A stretch of DNA of 64,000 nucleotides, taken from Gemmatimonadota bacterium. GTDB lineage: Bacteria; Gemmatimonadota; Gemmatimonadetes; JACCXV01; JAHWKZ01. The notes beneath the pieces were generated by a model, which did no database searches, was not told the origin of the DNA, and worked only from the letters and a program-made list of their open reading frames with translations. Location: assembly GCA_050732935.1 (NCBI GenBank), contig JBOHRW010000217.1:398-64397 (forward strand). Reading direction: 5' to 3'. The position numbers and the translations under genes are program-made. Below are positions 56,159 to 64,000 of this stretch, piece by piece (the stretch's first letter is position 1; every line of letters starts with the position of its first letter).

Positions 56159-57052
56159 CTAGACCCCGAGCCGCTCCCGCGTTCGCCGACCCCACTCGAG
56201 AAGGACGGCATAGTCTTCGGCCAGGGTGTCCTCCGTGAGCCAGCCGACGCCCGTCTTCTCGCCGATCTTGCGCGCGGCCTCGATATCGGCCCACCCGTCG
56301 AGCATCGGCTCCGGCGGCGGGCCCACCGCTTCGCCCGAGAGATCGACGAGCTCGAGGTTGAGCCGGAGCTGCTCGCGGCTCTCCTCCAGGGTCCGCTTGA
56401 CGCGCGCGTCGACCCGCAAGTCGCGGTCGATCCAGTCGCGCACGTGCCCGCGGCTCTCGATGAGCCGCCGCGCCATCGACGGCGTGACGATCTTCGGGAT
56501 TCCGTCCGCCGTGTCCCCCGACAGGGCCAGGAAATCCGCCACGTAGGCCGGCGTCACGCCCAGGATTCCCCGGACGTCCGAGAAGCGCACCGTCCCGCGG
56601 ACCCGGCCCTCCATCCTGGTCGAGCCCGAGAGGAGTTGCATGAAGTCTTTGTCGTCCGAGCGGATAACGAGCTCCTCGTCTCCCTCGAGCCTGTGGGCCA
56701 CCGCGGCCAGCAGCTCGTCGGCTTCGCGCCCGTCGGTGCGGAACTGCACGGCGCCGAGCGCCGAGAGCACGGCGAGGAGTGACTCGTAGTCCGCCCGCCC
56801 CGCGTGGTCCCAGATCTCGGGACGGTTCCGGTACGCGGGCCAGCGATCCCGTTTCCACTGTCGCTCCGCGTTCCAGAAGAGCGCATAGGTGTCGTCCGCC
56901 TCCCTCACGAGAGGGCGTAGCATCCTCGGCACCTGGAAGGTGAGCGGGAAGTCGATCCTGCCCTTCAGGGCGTGCCAGGCGGAAAAGGCGATCATGCCGG
57001 CGTCGATGAGCTGCACGAAGCGATGCCTATCCCGGACGCCGCGGGAGTGCAA
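56159..57052 (-). CDS. 5'-3' exonuclease / flap-endonuclease-like protein (Xni/ExoIX family)
   Basis: FVQLIDAGMIAFSAWHAL (PIN-like 5'-3' exonuclease N-terminus), GVTPAYVADFLALSGDTADGIPKI (H3TH). Confidence 0.7.
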   Translation of the reverse strand: MHSRGVRDRHRFVQLIDAGMIAFSAWHALKGRIDFPLTFQVPRMLRPLVREADDTYALFWNAERQWKRDRWPAYRNRPEIWDHAGRADYESLLAVLSALGAVQFRTDGREADELLAAVAHRLEGDEELVIRSDDKDFMQLLSGSTRMEGRVRGTVRFSDVRGILGVTPAYVADFLALSGDTADGIPKIVTPSMARRLIESRGHVRDWIDRDLRVDARVKRTLEESREQLRLNLELVDLSGEAVGPPPEPMLDGWADIEAARKIGEKTGVGWLTEDTLAEDYAVLLEWGRRTRERLGV

Positions 57053-57058
57053 GGGGCG

Positions 57059-57703
57059 CTAGGACTTCTCCCCCCAGATCTGCTCGAGCCGTTGCGCACG
57101 CCGACAGTTCCACTTGTAGAGCTTGTAGCGGATCGGATTCTTGTCGTAGTAGTCCTGGTGATAATCCTCGGCCGGATAGAACTCGCCCGCCGGCACGATC
57201 TCGGTGGCGATCGGCTCGTCGAACCTGCCGGATCTCTCCAGGGCCTGCTTCGAGACCTCCGCGAGGCGCCTTTGCTCCGACCCGTGGTAGAAGATTGCCG
57301 AGCGGTAGGAGTCTCCACGATCGCAGAACTGCCCGCCGGAGTCGGTGGGGTCGATGTTGTGCCAGAACGCGTTCAGCAGCGCCTCGTAGGTCGTCCGGGA
57401 CGGGTCGTAGACGACGCGCACGGCCTCCGCATGCCCGGTGCCGCCGGAGGACACTTGCTCGTAGCTCGGGTCGGGCGTGTCACCGCCTGTGTAGCCGGAC
57501 GTCGTCGAGACCACGCCCGGCACGTGATCGAACGCCTCCTCCACGCACCAGAAGCATCCGCCCGCGAAGGTGGCCTCGGCCGTCTGCGGATGATCGAGGT
57601 CGGCGGGTGTGCGCCGGGGAGAATTCCCGGATCGGTCCAGGACGGCCGCGAGGCCGAGACCGGCCAGGGCCAGGGAGAGAACGATTAAGCCCGCCGAGCG
57701 CAT
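57059..57703 (-). CDS. msrA: peptide-methionine (S)-S-oxide reductase
   Basis: [15 protein letters not shown] (GCFWC). Signal peptide [20 protein letters not shown]. Confidence 0.85.
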   Translation of the reverse strand: MRSAGLIVLSLALAGLGLAAVLDRSGNSPRRTPADLDHPQTAEATFAGGCFWCVEEAFDHVPGVVSTTSGYTGGDTPDPSYEQVSSGGTGHAEAVRVVYDPSRTTYEALLNAFWHNIDPTDSGGQFCDRGDSYRSAIFYHGSEQRRLAEVSKQALERSGRFDEPIATEIVPAGEFYPAEDYHQDYYDKNPIRYKLYKWNCRRAQRLEQIWGEKS

Positions 57704-57839
57704 GGGTTTCCGCCTTTCTTCAAGTGATTCGTCCATGGAATACATACGATGTCCGGGTTCGTTTCAACCCTCGACCCGAAACGCCATACACGCTACCGTG
57801 ATTCCCGAGGCGGAATTCTTTCGACGAGAGAGGCAAGCG

Positions 57840-58430
57840 ATGAAGAGGCTGTTCCGATCGGCGATGCTGCACCGGGCGCTCCTGACCACGCTCGCCGTCG
57901 GTCTTGGCGCCAGTGCCGCGTGTGCGCAGAGCCAGGCCGATGCTTCCGGGGACATCGGGGACCGGAAGCCGAGCGAGGAGGTGCTCAGAAGGACGCTCAC
58001 CCCGCTCCAGTACGAGGTCACCCAGGAGGAGGGGACCGAGCCCGCCTTCCGCAACGAGTACAACGACAACAAGCGGGCCGGGATCTACGTGGACATCGTG
58101 TCGGGGGAGCCCCTCTTCAGCTCGCTCGACAAGTACGATTCGGGCACCGGCTGGCCCAGCTTCACACGGCCCCTGGAGCCCGACAACATCGTCTACCGGG
58201 AGGACTGGAAGCTGATCTTCAAGCGCACCGAGGTCCGTTCGCGGCACGCGGATTCCCATCTCGGTCACGTCTTCAACGACGGGCCGCCGCCGACGGGACG
58301 CAGGTTCTGCATGAACTCGGCGGCCCTGCGCTTCGTGCCGCTCGAGAAGCTCGTCGAGGGGGGCTACGAAGAGTATCTGCCGCTCTTCGAGAAGGGCGGG
58401 AAGACGGAAGGGCCGAGCCCAAGGAGCTGA
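57840..58430 (+). CDS. msrB: peptide-methionine (R)-S-oxide reductase
   Basis: [33 protein letters not shown]. Signal peptide [29 protein letters not shown]. Divergent from msrA. Confidence 0.85.
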   Translation: MKRLFRSAMLHRALLTTLAVGLGASAACAQSQADASGDIGDRKPSEEVLRRTLTPLQYEVTQEEGTEPAFRNEYNDNKRAGIYVDIVSGEPLFSSLDKYDSGTGWPSFTRPLEPDNIVYREDWKLIFKRTEVRSRHADSHLGHVFNDGPPPTGRRFCMNSAALRFVPLEKLVEGGYEEYLPLFEKGGKTEGPSPRS

Positions 58431-58484
58431 GCGGCCGCCCCCGTCGGTGGACATGCGTGGGTCCGGCGCGGAGATTCCTTCGCC

Positions 58485-59705
58485 ATGCTCAAGATCATCC
58501 GTACGAAGCTGGCCGCCGGCGAGCGGCTGACGTCCGCCGAGGGGGAATGGCTGCTGACCGTCGCGCCGCTCACCGCATTGGGGGCCCTCGCCAACGCCGA
58601 GCGCTTCCGGCGCCATCCGGAGCGCGAGGTCACTTACGTCATCGACTCGAACCCCAACTACACCAACGTCTGCAACGTCGACTGCGTGTTCTGCGCCTTC
58701 TATCGCCACGCGGACCATGCGGATGCCTACACGCATTCGGTCGAGGAGGTGCTCGAGAAGGTGGCCTGGGCGGCCGAGCAGGGGGCCACGACCGTGCTCC
58801 TCCAGGGCGGGGTCAACCCCGATCTCCCGTACGCGTACTACCTGGATCTGGTCCGCGAGACGGTGGCGCGGTTCCCGGCGGTCACGCCGCACTACTGGAG
58901 CGCGGTCGAGATCCAGGGGATGGCCGAGGTCGCCGGGAAGACGCTCCAGGCGGTGCTCGAGGACCTCTGGGAGGCGGGCCAGCGTACGATCCCTGGCGGT
59001 GGCGCCGAGATCCTGGCGCCGCGCGTCAGGAAGAAGCTCGGGATCAGGAAGGGCGGACCCGAGGCGTGGCTCGAGGTCCACGAAGTCGCCCACCGGGTCG
59101 GCTTCCGGACCACCGCGACCATGATGTACGGCTCGATTGAGACGCCGACCGAGGCCATCGAGCACCTGGAGGGCGTGCGGGCGCTTCAGGACCGCTCGCT
59201 GGCGCTCACGAAGGCCACGCGCGCCGACCGGCCGGGGTCCTTTACCGCTTTCATCCCGTGGTCGTTCAAGCCCGGCAATACCCCGCTCGAGAAGGTGAAG
59301 CGAGAGCCCGAGGGACCCGCCGCCTACCTCCGCATGATCGCCACGAGCCGCCTCTTCCTCGACAACGTGGATCACGTCCAGGCCTCCTGGTTCAGCGAGG
59401 GCAAGAAGGCGGGGCAGGTCGCGCTCCACTGGGGGGCCGACGACTTCGGCGGGACCTTGTTCGAGGAGTCGGTCCACGCCGAGGCGGCCTTCGTCAACAC
59501 GACGACGGTGGAGGAGATCCGCACCCTGATCCGCGAGGCGGGGTTCGCCCCCGTTCAGCGGACGACTCTCTACGAGCGGCTGCCCGAGACCCGGCTCGAG
59601 GACATTGTGCAGCATGCCCCGCGCCGCGCGGGTCACGGCGGGCCGTCGGGACCCCGTGACGCGGAGGGCGGCCTCGATCCCTACGCCCTCCCGGTCATCG
59701 CCTGA
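58485..59705 (+). CDS. mqnC: radical SAM enzyme of the MqnC/MqnE family (second copy; by elimination cyclic dehypoxanthinyl futalosine synthase)
   Basis: NPNYTNVCNVDCVFCAF radical SAM motif. Paralogous to 34643..35797. Confidence 0.75.
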   Translation: MLKIIRTKLAAGERLTSAEGEWLLTVAPLTALGALANAERFRRHPEREVTYVIDSNPNYTNVCNVDCVFCAFYRHADHADAYTHSVEEVLEKVAWAAEQGATTVLLQGGVNPDLPYAYYLDLVRETVARFPAVTPHYWSAVEIQGMAEVAGKTLQAVLEDLWEAGQRTIPGGGAEILAPRVRKKLGIRKGGPEAWLEVHEVAHRVGFRTTATMMYGSIETPTEAIEHLEGVRALQDRSLALTKATRADRPGSFTAFIPWSFKPGNTPLEKVKREPEGPAAYLRMIATSRLFLDNVDHVQASWFSEGKKAGQVALHWGADDFGGTLFEESVHAEAAFVNTTTVEEIRTLIREAGFAPVQRTTLYERLPETRLEDIVQHAPRRAGHGGPSGPRDAEGGLDPYALPVIA

Positions 59706-59754
59706 GCCCCCGGGGCCCGGCGATCCGTCTTCCACCATTCGGCGCCAGGCTGCT

Positions 59755-60268
59755 GTGAGCGCCACCCCCGTCGTCTCGTGCGCCAACTGCGGTCGCCGGT
59801 TCGCGGGCCGCTGGTGCCCGAGGTGCGGCCAAGAAGCCTCCGAAGTCCGGCGCCCGTTCTCGCAGATCGTGGTCGAGTTCCTGGGTGATTTTCTGGCCTT
59901 CGACGCCCGCATCCGGCGCACGGCGGTCCCGCTCTTCCTGCGCCCGGGCTACCTCACCCGGCAGTACGTGACCGGACATCGGGCGCCTTACGTGCCGCCT
60001 CTCCGGCTCTACGTCTTTCTTCGCGGTCTTCGCTTTCTTCGCGGTCTTCGCTTTGGCGAACGGGGGCCCGATCCGCATCGTGGCGGGCGGGCAGTCCGGC
60101 GACGGCATCGTGAGCTTCGACTACGGTTCAGGGGCGGAGGTCTCCCCGGTCTACGAGGAACGCTGGTGGAAGCTGGCGCTGAAGTTCGTGGCGCTGGGCC
60201 TTCTGTACATCGTCCTAGGGGGGGTGGTTGTGGGCAGCGTTGCCTTCCTCTCGGTCCTCTTCCTCTGA
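59755..60268 (+). pseudogene. DUF3667-like zinc-ribbon membrane protein; frameshift at about 60015-60020 (pseudogene or assembly indel)
   Basis: VSCANCGRRFAGRWCPRCGQEA zinc ribbon, ...TGHRAPYVPPLRLYVF. The continuation in the +2 frame is hydrophobic: FFAVFAFFAVFALANGG...WWKLALKFVALGLLYIVLGGVVVGSVAF. The shift lies next to an 18-bp tandem duplication TTTCTTCGCGGTCTTCGC x2. Confidence 0.45.
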
Positions 60269-60409
60269 CCGTGGGGGGCTGCTCAGCCTCCGGGGCTTCG
60301 AACTGCCGTTTCTGATCGGCGCGGCGCTGGCCCTCGCGGCAGCTGGGGTCGAGTGGCGCTGGGTGCCGGAGACCGTGAAGAGGGGACCCTGACGAAGCCC
60401 ACCGGGGTG

Positions 60410-60919
60410 CTACCCGCAGTCGCGGGTCTCCTGCCGCTCGACGTAGACCGGGTGACCGGCGTGCCGTTCGAGGGAGACCGCCGTCACGGGTGCGGTCAGC
60501 GCCTGGGTCGTGAGGCAGCCGGCACCGGGGGAGACCTCGACCACAGTGACGTACAGGCTGTCGGCGGCGGCCCGCACGCTCTCGATCCGAATCGCGTAGC
60601 CGCCGGTCGATCGCCGGCCCATCGCCGCCACGATGACCATCCGACGCTCGAAGTCGATGGCGGGCGGCTCGGGCGGGGGGATCCGGCCCGCAGCCAGCTC
60701 GCTCCACAGCTGGCGCCACTCCGATTCCGAACGAACGACCTCGCGGCGGCGGTCCTGGATCCCGCTGCGGGCGGCCTCGGCGACCGCTTCGATCGGCTGG
60801 ACTCGCAGGGTGTCGGCCGTGGCGGCTGGCTCGGGGAGCGGCGGATTCTGCGCGTTCGTGCAGCCGGACAGGAGAACGGCCCCCAGGACGCCGACGATGC
60901 GCCAGCCAGCCGCGAGCAT
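60410..60919 (-). CDS. lipoprotein with PrcB_C-like domain
   Basis: MLAAGWRIVGVLGAVLLSGCT lipobox. ...MVIVAAMGRRSTGGYAIRIESV...VTVVEVSPG resembles the PrcB C-terminal domain. Confidence 0.45.
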   Translation of the reverse strand: MLAAGWRIVGVLGAVLLSGCTNAQNPPLPEPAATADTLRVQPIEAVAEAARSGIQDRRREVVRSESEWRQLWSELAAGRIPPPEPPAIDFERRMVIVAAMGRRSTGGYAIRIESVRAAADSLYVTVVEVSPGAGCLTTQALTAPVTAVSLERHAGHPVYVERQETRDCG

Positions 60920-60942
60920 CCCGGGTGCCTCGCTGCGAGGCA

Positions 60943-61806
60943 CTACACCAGCTCCCCGATCTCGACCGGCGGGACGAGCTCCGCGGCGGCCGCGCGTTCG
61001 TAGAGGGTCTCTAGGGCCCGCCGGCCCTCGTCGCCCATGTTCCGGGTGTACTCGTTCACGTACATGCGCACGAAGCGGCGGGTCCTATCCGGATCCAGGC
61101 CACGGCCGTAGTCGAGCGCGTACGCGACGGCCTCGTCCTCGTGCTCGAAGGCGTAGTCGATCGAGGCCGCGAGCGCCTCGGCGATCTCGCCCGCCAGCTC
61201 GCGTCCCAGGTCGCGGCGTACGACGTCGAGACCGAGCGGAAGGGGCAGCCCCGTGTCCTCCAGCCAGACGGCGCCGAGATCGCCCAGCCTGGCGAGCCCC
61301 TGGTCGGCGTAGGTGACCTGACCCTCGTGGATGACGAGACCGGCGTCCACCTCGCCCGCCAGCACGGCGTCGGGGATGCGGTCGAAGGCCATCGGCACCG
61401 CGTCGAATCTGGGCAGGTACAGTCGGGCCACGAGGTAGGCGGTGGTGAGCACCCCGGGGATCGCCACCGCTCGGCCGCCCAAGTCGGCCATTGAGCCGGG
61501 CCCGTCCGGGCGCGCCACCACGACCGGCCCGTAACCGCGTCCCATCGAGGCTCCACAGTGCATGATCCAGTAACGATCGGCGACCCTGGGATAGGCATGG
61601 GCGCTGATCGCTGTGACCTCGATGGCGCCCTTCAGCGCCTTTTCGTTCAGGCTCTGGATGTCCTCCAGGACGTGCTCGACCCGGAAGTCCCGGATCGTGA
61701 CCGCACCCCGCGCGAGACCAAAGAACATGAACGCGTCGTCGGGGTCGGGGCTGTGCCCGAACCTGAGCGTCCGCGTGTCGCTCGTCGTGGTCGACTCGTC
61801 TGGCAT
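60943..61806 (-). CDS. mqnD: 1,4-dihydroxy-6-naphthoate synthase MqnD (futalosine pathway)
   Basis: LRFGHSPDPDDAFMFFGL...AISAHAYPRVADRYWIMHCGASMGRGYGPVVVAR, which is the MqnD-type VitK2_biosynth signature. Confidence 0.8.
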   Translation of the reverse strand: MPDESTTTSDTRTLRFGHSPDPDDAFMFFGLARGAVTIRDFRVEHVLEDIQSLNEKALKGAIEVTAISAHAYPRVADRYWIMHCGASMGRGYGPVVVARPDGPGSMADLGGRAVAIPGVLTTAYLVARLYLPRFDAVPMAFDRIPDAVLAGEVDAGLVIHEGQVTYADQGLARLGDLGAVWLEDTGLPLPLGLDVVRRDLGRELAGEIAEALAASIDYAFEHEDEAVAYALDYGRGLDPDRTRRFVRMYVNEYTRNMGDEGRRALETLYERAAAAELVPPVEIGELV

Positions 61807-61917
61807 GGGAGGACGGGAACGTACCGGCCGCATACGGGGCTGGCAACGAAGGGGCGACGGGCCTACGATACCTCGTCCTTCCGTTCACCCGCACCCCAAC
61901 CCGTCGGGGGGAACTGC

Positions 61918-62607
61918 GTGCCGCGCGTCCGCTATATAGCGATCGATGGGGTGATAGGGGTTGGAAAGACCTCGCTCGTCCATCGGTTCCAGGCCGAGTG
62001 GGGCGGGAGACGCTTTCTGGAGCTGGTCGAGGAGAACCCGTTCCTCACCGGCGGCTTCTACCGGGACATGGAGCGTCTGGCCTTCGACACCGAGCTGTTC
62101 TTCCTGCTGGCCCGCTTCCGCCAGCAGCGCGAGCTGGCGAGCGCGCTTGGCATCGGTGACGGGCCGGTACTGAGCGACTACCTGTTTGCCAAGAACCGGA
62201 TCTTCGCGCGCATCACCCTGTCGCCCACGGATTACTCGATCTGGAAACGCGTGTACGACTCGCTGGAGCCCGAGACCCCCCGCCCGGACCTGGCCATCTA
62301 CCTGCGCTCGCCGACCGATCGTCTCCTGGACCGCATCCAGCTCCGCAACCGACCGTTCGAGCGGGACATCACCGCCGACTACCTCGATCGCGTGAACGCC
62401 GGATACGATCGCTTCTTCGCGAAGTACCCGGGCGAGCTGCTGACGATCGATCTCAGGTGGCTGGACTTCGTCGGCAGCGAGGCGGACTTCGCGGCGATCC
62501 GGGCCATGGTCGAGCACAAGATCGGCACGATCGAAGCCGGGCAGGGGGAGCTCGATCTGCTCGCCGGTCGGGACCCTGCCGGCGTGACCGGCGAGGGGCG
62601 CGCGTGA
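61918..62607 (+). CDS. deoxynucleoside kinase (dCK/dGK family), copy 1
   Basis: GTG start. IAIDGVIGVGKTSL P-loop. dNK fold motifs (FERSI-like ELFF..., DR.. lid). Confidence 0.8.
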   Translation: MPRVRYIAIDGVIGVGKTSLVHRFQAEWGGRRFLELVEENPFLTGGFYRDMERLAFDTELFFLLARFRQQRELASALGIGDGPVLSDYLFAKNRIFARITLSPTDYSIWKRVYDSLEPETPRPDLAIYLRSPTDRLLDRIQLRNRPFERDITADYLDRVNAGYDRFFAKYPGELLTIDLRWLDFVGSEADFAAIRAMVEHKIGTIEAGQGELDLLAGRDPAGVTGEGRA

Positions 62608-63242
62608 AGGTGTTCTGCGCCGTCGCCGGGAACATCGGCTCGGGCAAGTCGACCCTGACCCGGCTCCTGGCGGAGAGGTTCGCCTGGCGCGCCTACTACG
62701 AGCACGTCGAGGGCAATCCCTATCTGTCCGACTTTTACGCCCGGATGCAGCGCTGGTCGTTCCACCTGCAGATCTACTTCCTGTCGAAGCGATTCCAGCA
62801 TCACCAGGAGATCCTGGCCGCCCCGGACTCGGTCATCCAGGATCGGACGATCTACGAGGATGCGGAGATCTTCGCCCGTAACCTCCACGACATGGGCCAC
62901 CTGGACGACCGCGACTTCGAGAACTACCGGGAGCTGTTCGCCGTCATGACGCAGTTCCTGAGGCCCCCCGATCTGCTGATCTACCTGCGCACGTCGGTGC
63001 CGGTGCTCCTCGAGCGCATTCGATTGCGGGGACGCGATTTCGAGCGCGAGATCCCGGCCGACTATCTGGAGCGGCTGAACGCGTATTACGAGGATTGGAT
63101 CGCGGGCTTCGATCTCGCTCCACTGCTGGTCGTCGAGACCGACGCGCGTAACCTGGTGGAAGAGCGGCAGGAGCAGGAGATCGTGGCGCGGCAGGTACAG
63201 CGGAAGATCGAGGCGACCCGCGGCTTCGCGCTCCCGCTGTAG
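62604..63242 (+). CDS. deoxynucleoside kinase (dCK/dGK family), copy 2
   Basis: GTGA overlap with copy 1. VAGNIGSGKSTL P-loop. YEHVEGNPYL, DRTIYEDAEIFA. Confidence 0.8.
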   Translation: MKVFCAVAGNIGSGKSTLTRLLAERFAWRAYYEHVEGNPYLSDFYARMQRWSFHLQIYFLSKRFQHHQEILAAPDSVIQDRTIYEDAEIFARNLHDMGHLDDRDFENYRELFAVMTQFLRPPDLLIYLRTSVPVLLERIRLRGRDFEREIPADYLERLNAYYEDWIAGFDLAPLLVVETDARNLVEERQEQEIVARQVQRKIEATRGFALPL

Positions 63243-63364
63243 CACGAGGACCGCTGTGCCACGCGCGTGCCCGTGTTCCTCGCCCAAGTTCGTGGTAGCA
63301 TGAGAGGGCAGGGTTCCGGAACGGACCGTTCACGAGGCGGGTAAGGCATCCAGGGAGGGACCTT

Positions 63365-64000
63365 CATGAGGCGTGCGGTTTTCGACGTTCCGATCCTCGC
63401 CGGAACGGCCCTCCTCCTCTGGGTGGCCCCGAGCGCCGCTCAGCAGGATCCGGCCCGGCTTGCCGAGAGCCGCGGCGACAGCCTGATGCGGGCCTTCGAG
63501 ACCGCCGCCGCGGTCGACGCCTACCGGTCCGGGCTCGCCACGGTGCCCGGCGATCCGATCCTCCTCCGGAAAGCCTCGCGTGCCCTCCTCAACCTGGCCG
63601 AAGAGCGGCCGGGAGAGGACGGTGACGAGGGCGCGTACCGCGAGGCGGTGGAGCTGGCGCGACAGGCGGTGCGAGTGGCTCCCGACGGGGCCCGCGCCCA
63701 TGCCACGCTGGCCGCCGCGCTCGGCAAGCTGGCCCTCTTTCAGGGGGGGAAGCGGAAGGTGGAGCTGGCTCGCGAGGTCCAGACCGAGGCCGAACAGGCG
63801 CTGCGGCTCGATGCCTCCGATTTCGCGGCCTACGTCGTGCTCGGGATCCTGAACCGCGAGCTGGACACGCTGAACCCGTTCCTGAAGGCGTTCGCCCGGA
63901 CCTTCTTCGGTCGCTTGCCCGAGGCCTCGGTCGAGAACAGTGCCGCGTACCTGGAGCGGGCCGTCTCCCTCGCTCCCGACTACGTGACGCCGCGCGTGGA
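63365..64000 (+). CDS. secreted TPR-like helical-repeat protein, 5' part (continues beyond window end)
   Basis: ATG 63365. MRRAVFDVPILAGTALLLWVAPSAAQ signal. The open frame runs to the window edge without a stop. Confidence 0.5.

Noticed and set aside
57720-59921. 733-aa minus-strand ORF
   Set aside because: Antisense to msrB and mqnC, both with diagnostic motifs.
62379-63287. 302-aa minus-strand ORF
   Set aside because: Antisense to the two P-loop deoxynucleoside kinase genes.
1-64000. CRISPR arrays, tRNA/rRNA genes, integrase/transposase genes at island borders
   Set aside because: No regularly spaced direct repeats with spacers. No cloverleaf-like conserved tRNA segments recognised. No tyrosine/serine recombinase or DDE transposase signatures in any frame near 35.8 kb or 52 kb. 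Island mobility therefore remains unsupported by sequence.

Overview
This 64 kb window is about 68-70% GC and belongs to a diderm bacterium with many lipoproteins, Big_1/Big_2/DUF11 surface proteins and the futalosine menaquinone pathway, so possibly Gemmatimonadota-like (inference). The ORF track carries many long antisense artefact ORFs. Roughly 65 real genes can be supported, and they fall into the following groups.

(1) Housekeeping and metabolism: gshB, two acyl-CoA dehydrogenases, a short aconitase, an EamA transporter, a Suc-Fer-like ferredoxin, msrA/msrB, a rhomboid protease, a serpin, a 5'-3' exonuclease and two tandem deoxynucleoside kinases.

(2) Futalosine pathway: a nearly complete set is dispersed across the window. 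It comprises mqnA, mqnC, mqnD, mqnE, the UbiA-like mqnP, a UbiX-like gene and a UbiD-like gene.

(3) Cell-surface module: four paralogous outer-membrane beta-barrel genes are present. Two of them carry TSP3 calcium-binding repeats plus an unrecognised Cys-containing C-terminal domain. Alongside sits a duplicated two-gene cassette of a Big_1/DUF11 adhesin-like protein plus a Big_2 lipoprotein.

(4) Defence region: a low-GC island (about 35.8-40.9 kb) holds five uncharacterised genes with HEPN, PD-(D/E)xK and NDT/SLOG-like signatures. It sits immediately upstream of a type I R-M locus (hsdM-abiEi-abiEii-hsdS-fic-hsdR) whose hsdR is preceded by an 11-bp tandem-repeat array. This island is the best candidate for an undescribed defence system.

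(5) Other notable items: an in-frame TGA lies exactly at the catalytic Cys position of a rhodanese, a VapBC pair is present, and three paralogous minimal nucleotidyltransferase genes occur, one of them paired with a cytidine-deaminase-like gene.

At least five conserved genes are split by single frameshifts, which points to indel-prone assembly or pseudogenisation. No rRNA, tRNA, CRISPR array, integrase or transposase was recognised.
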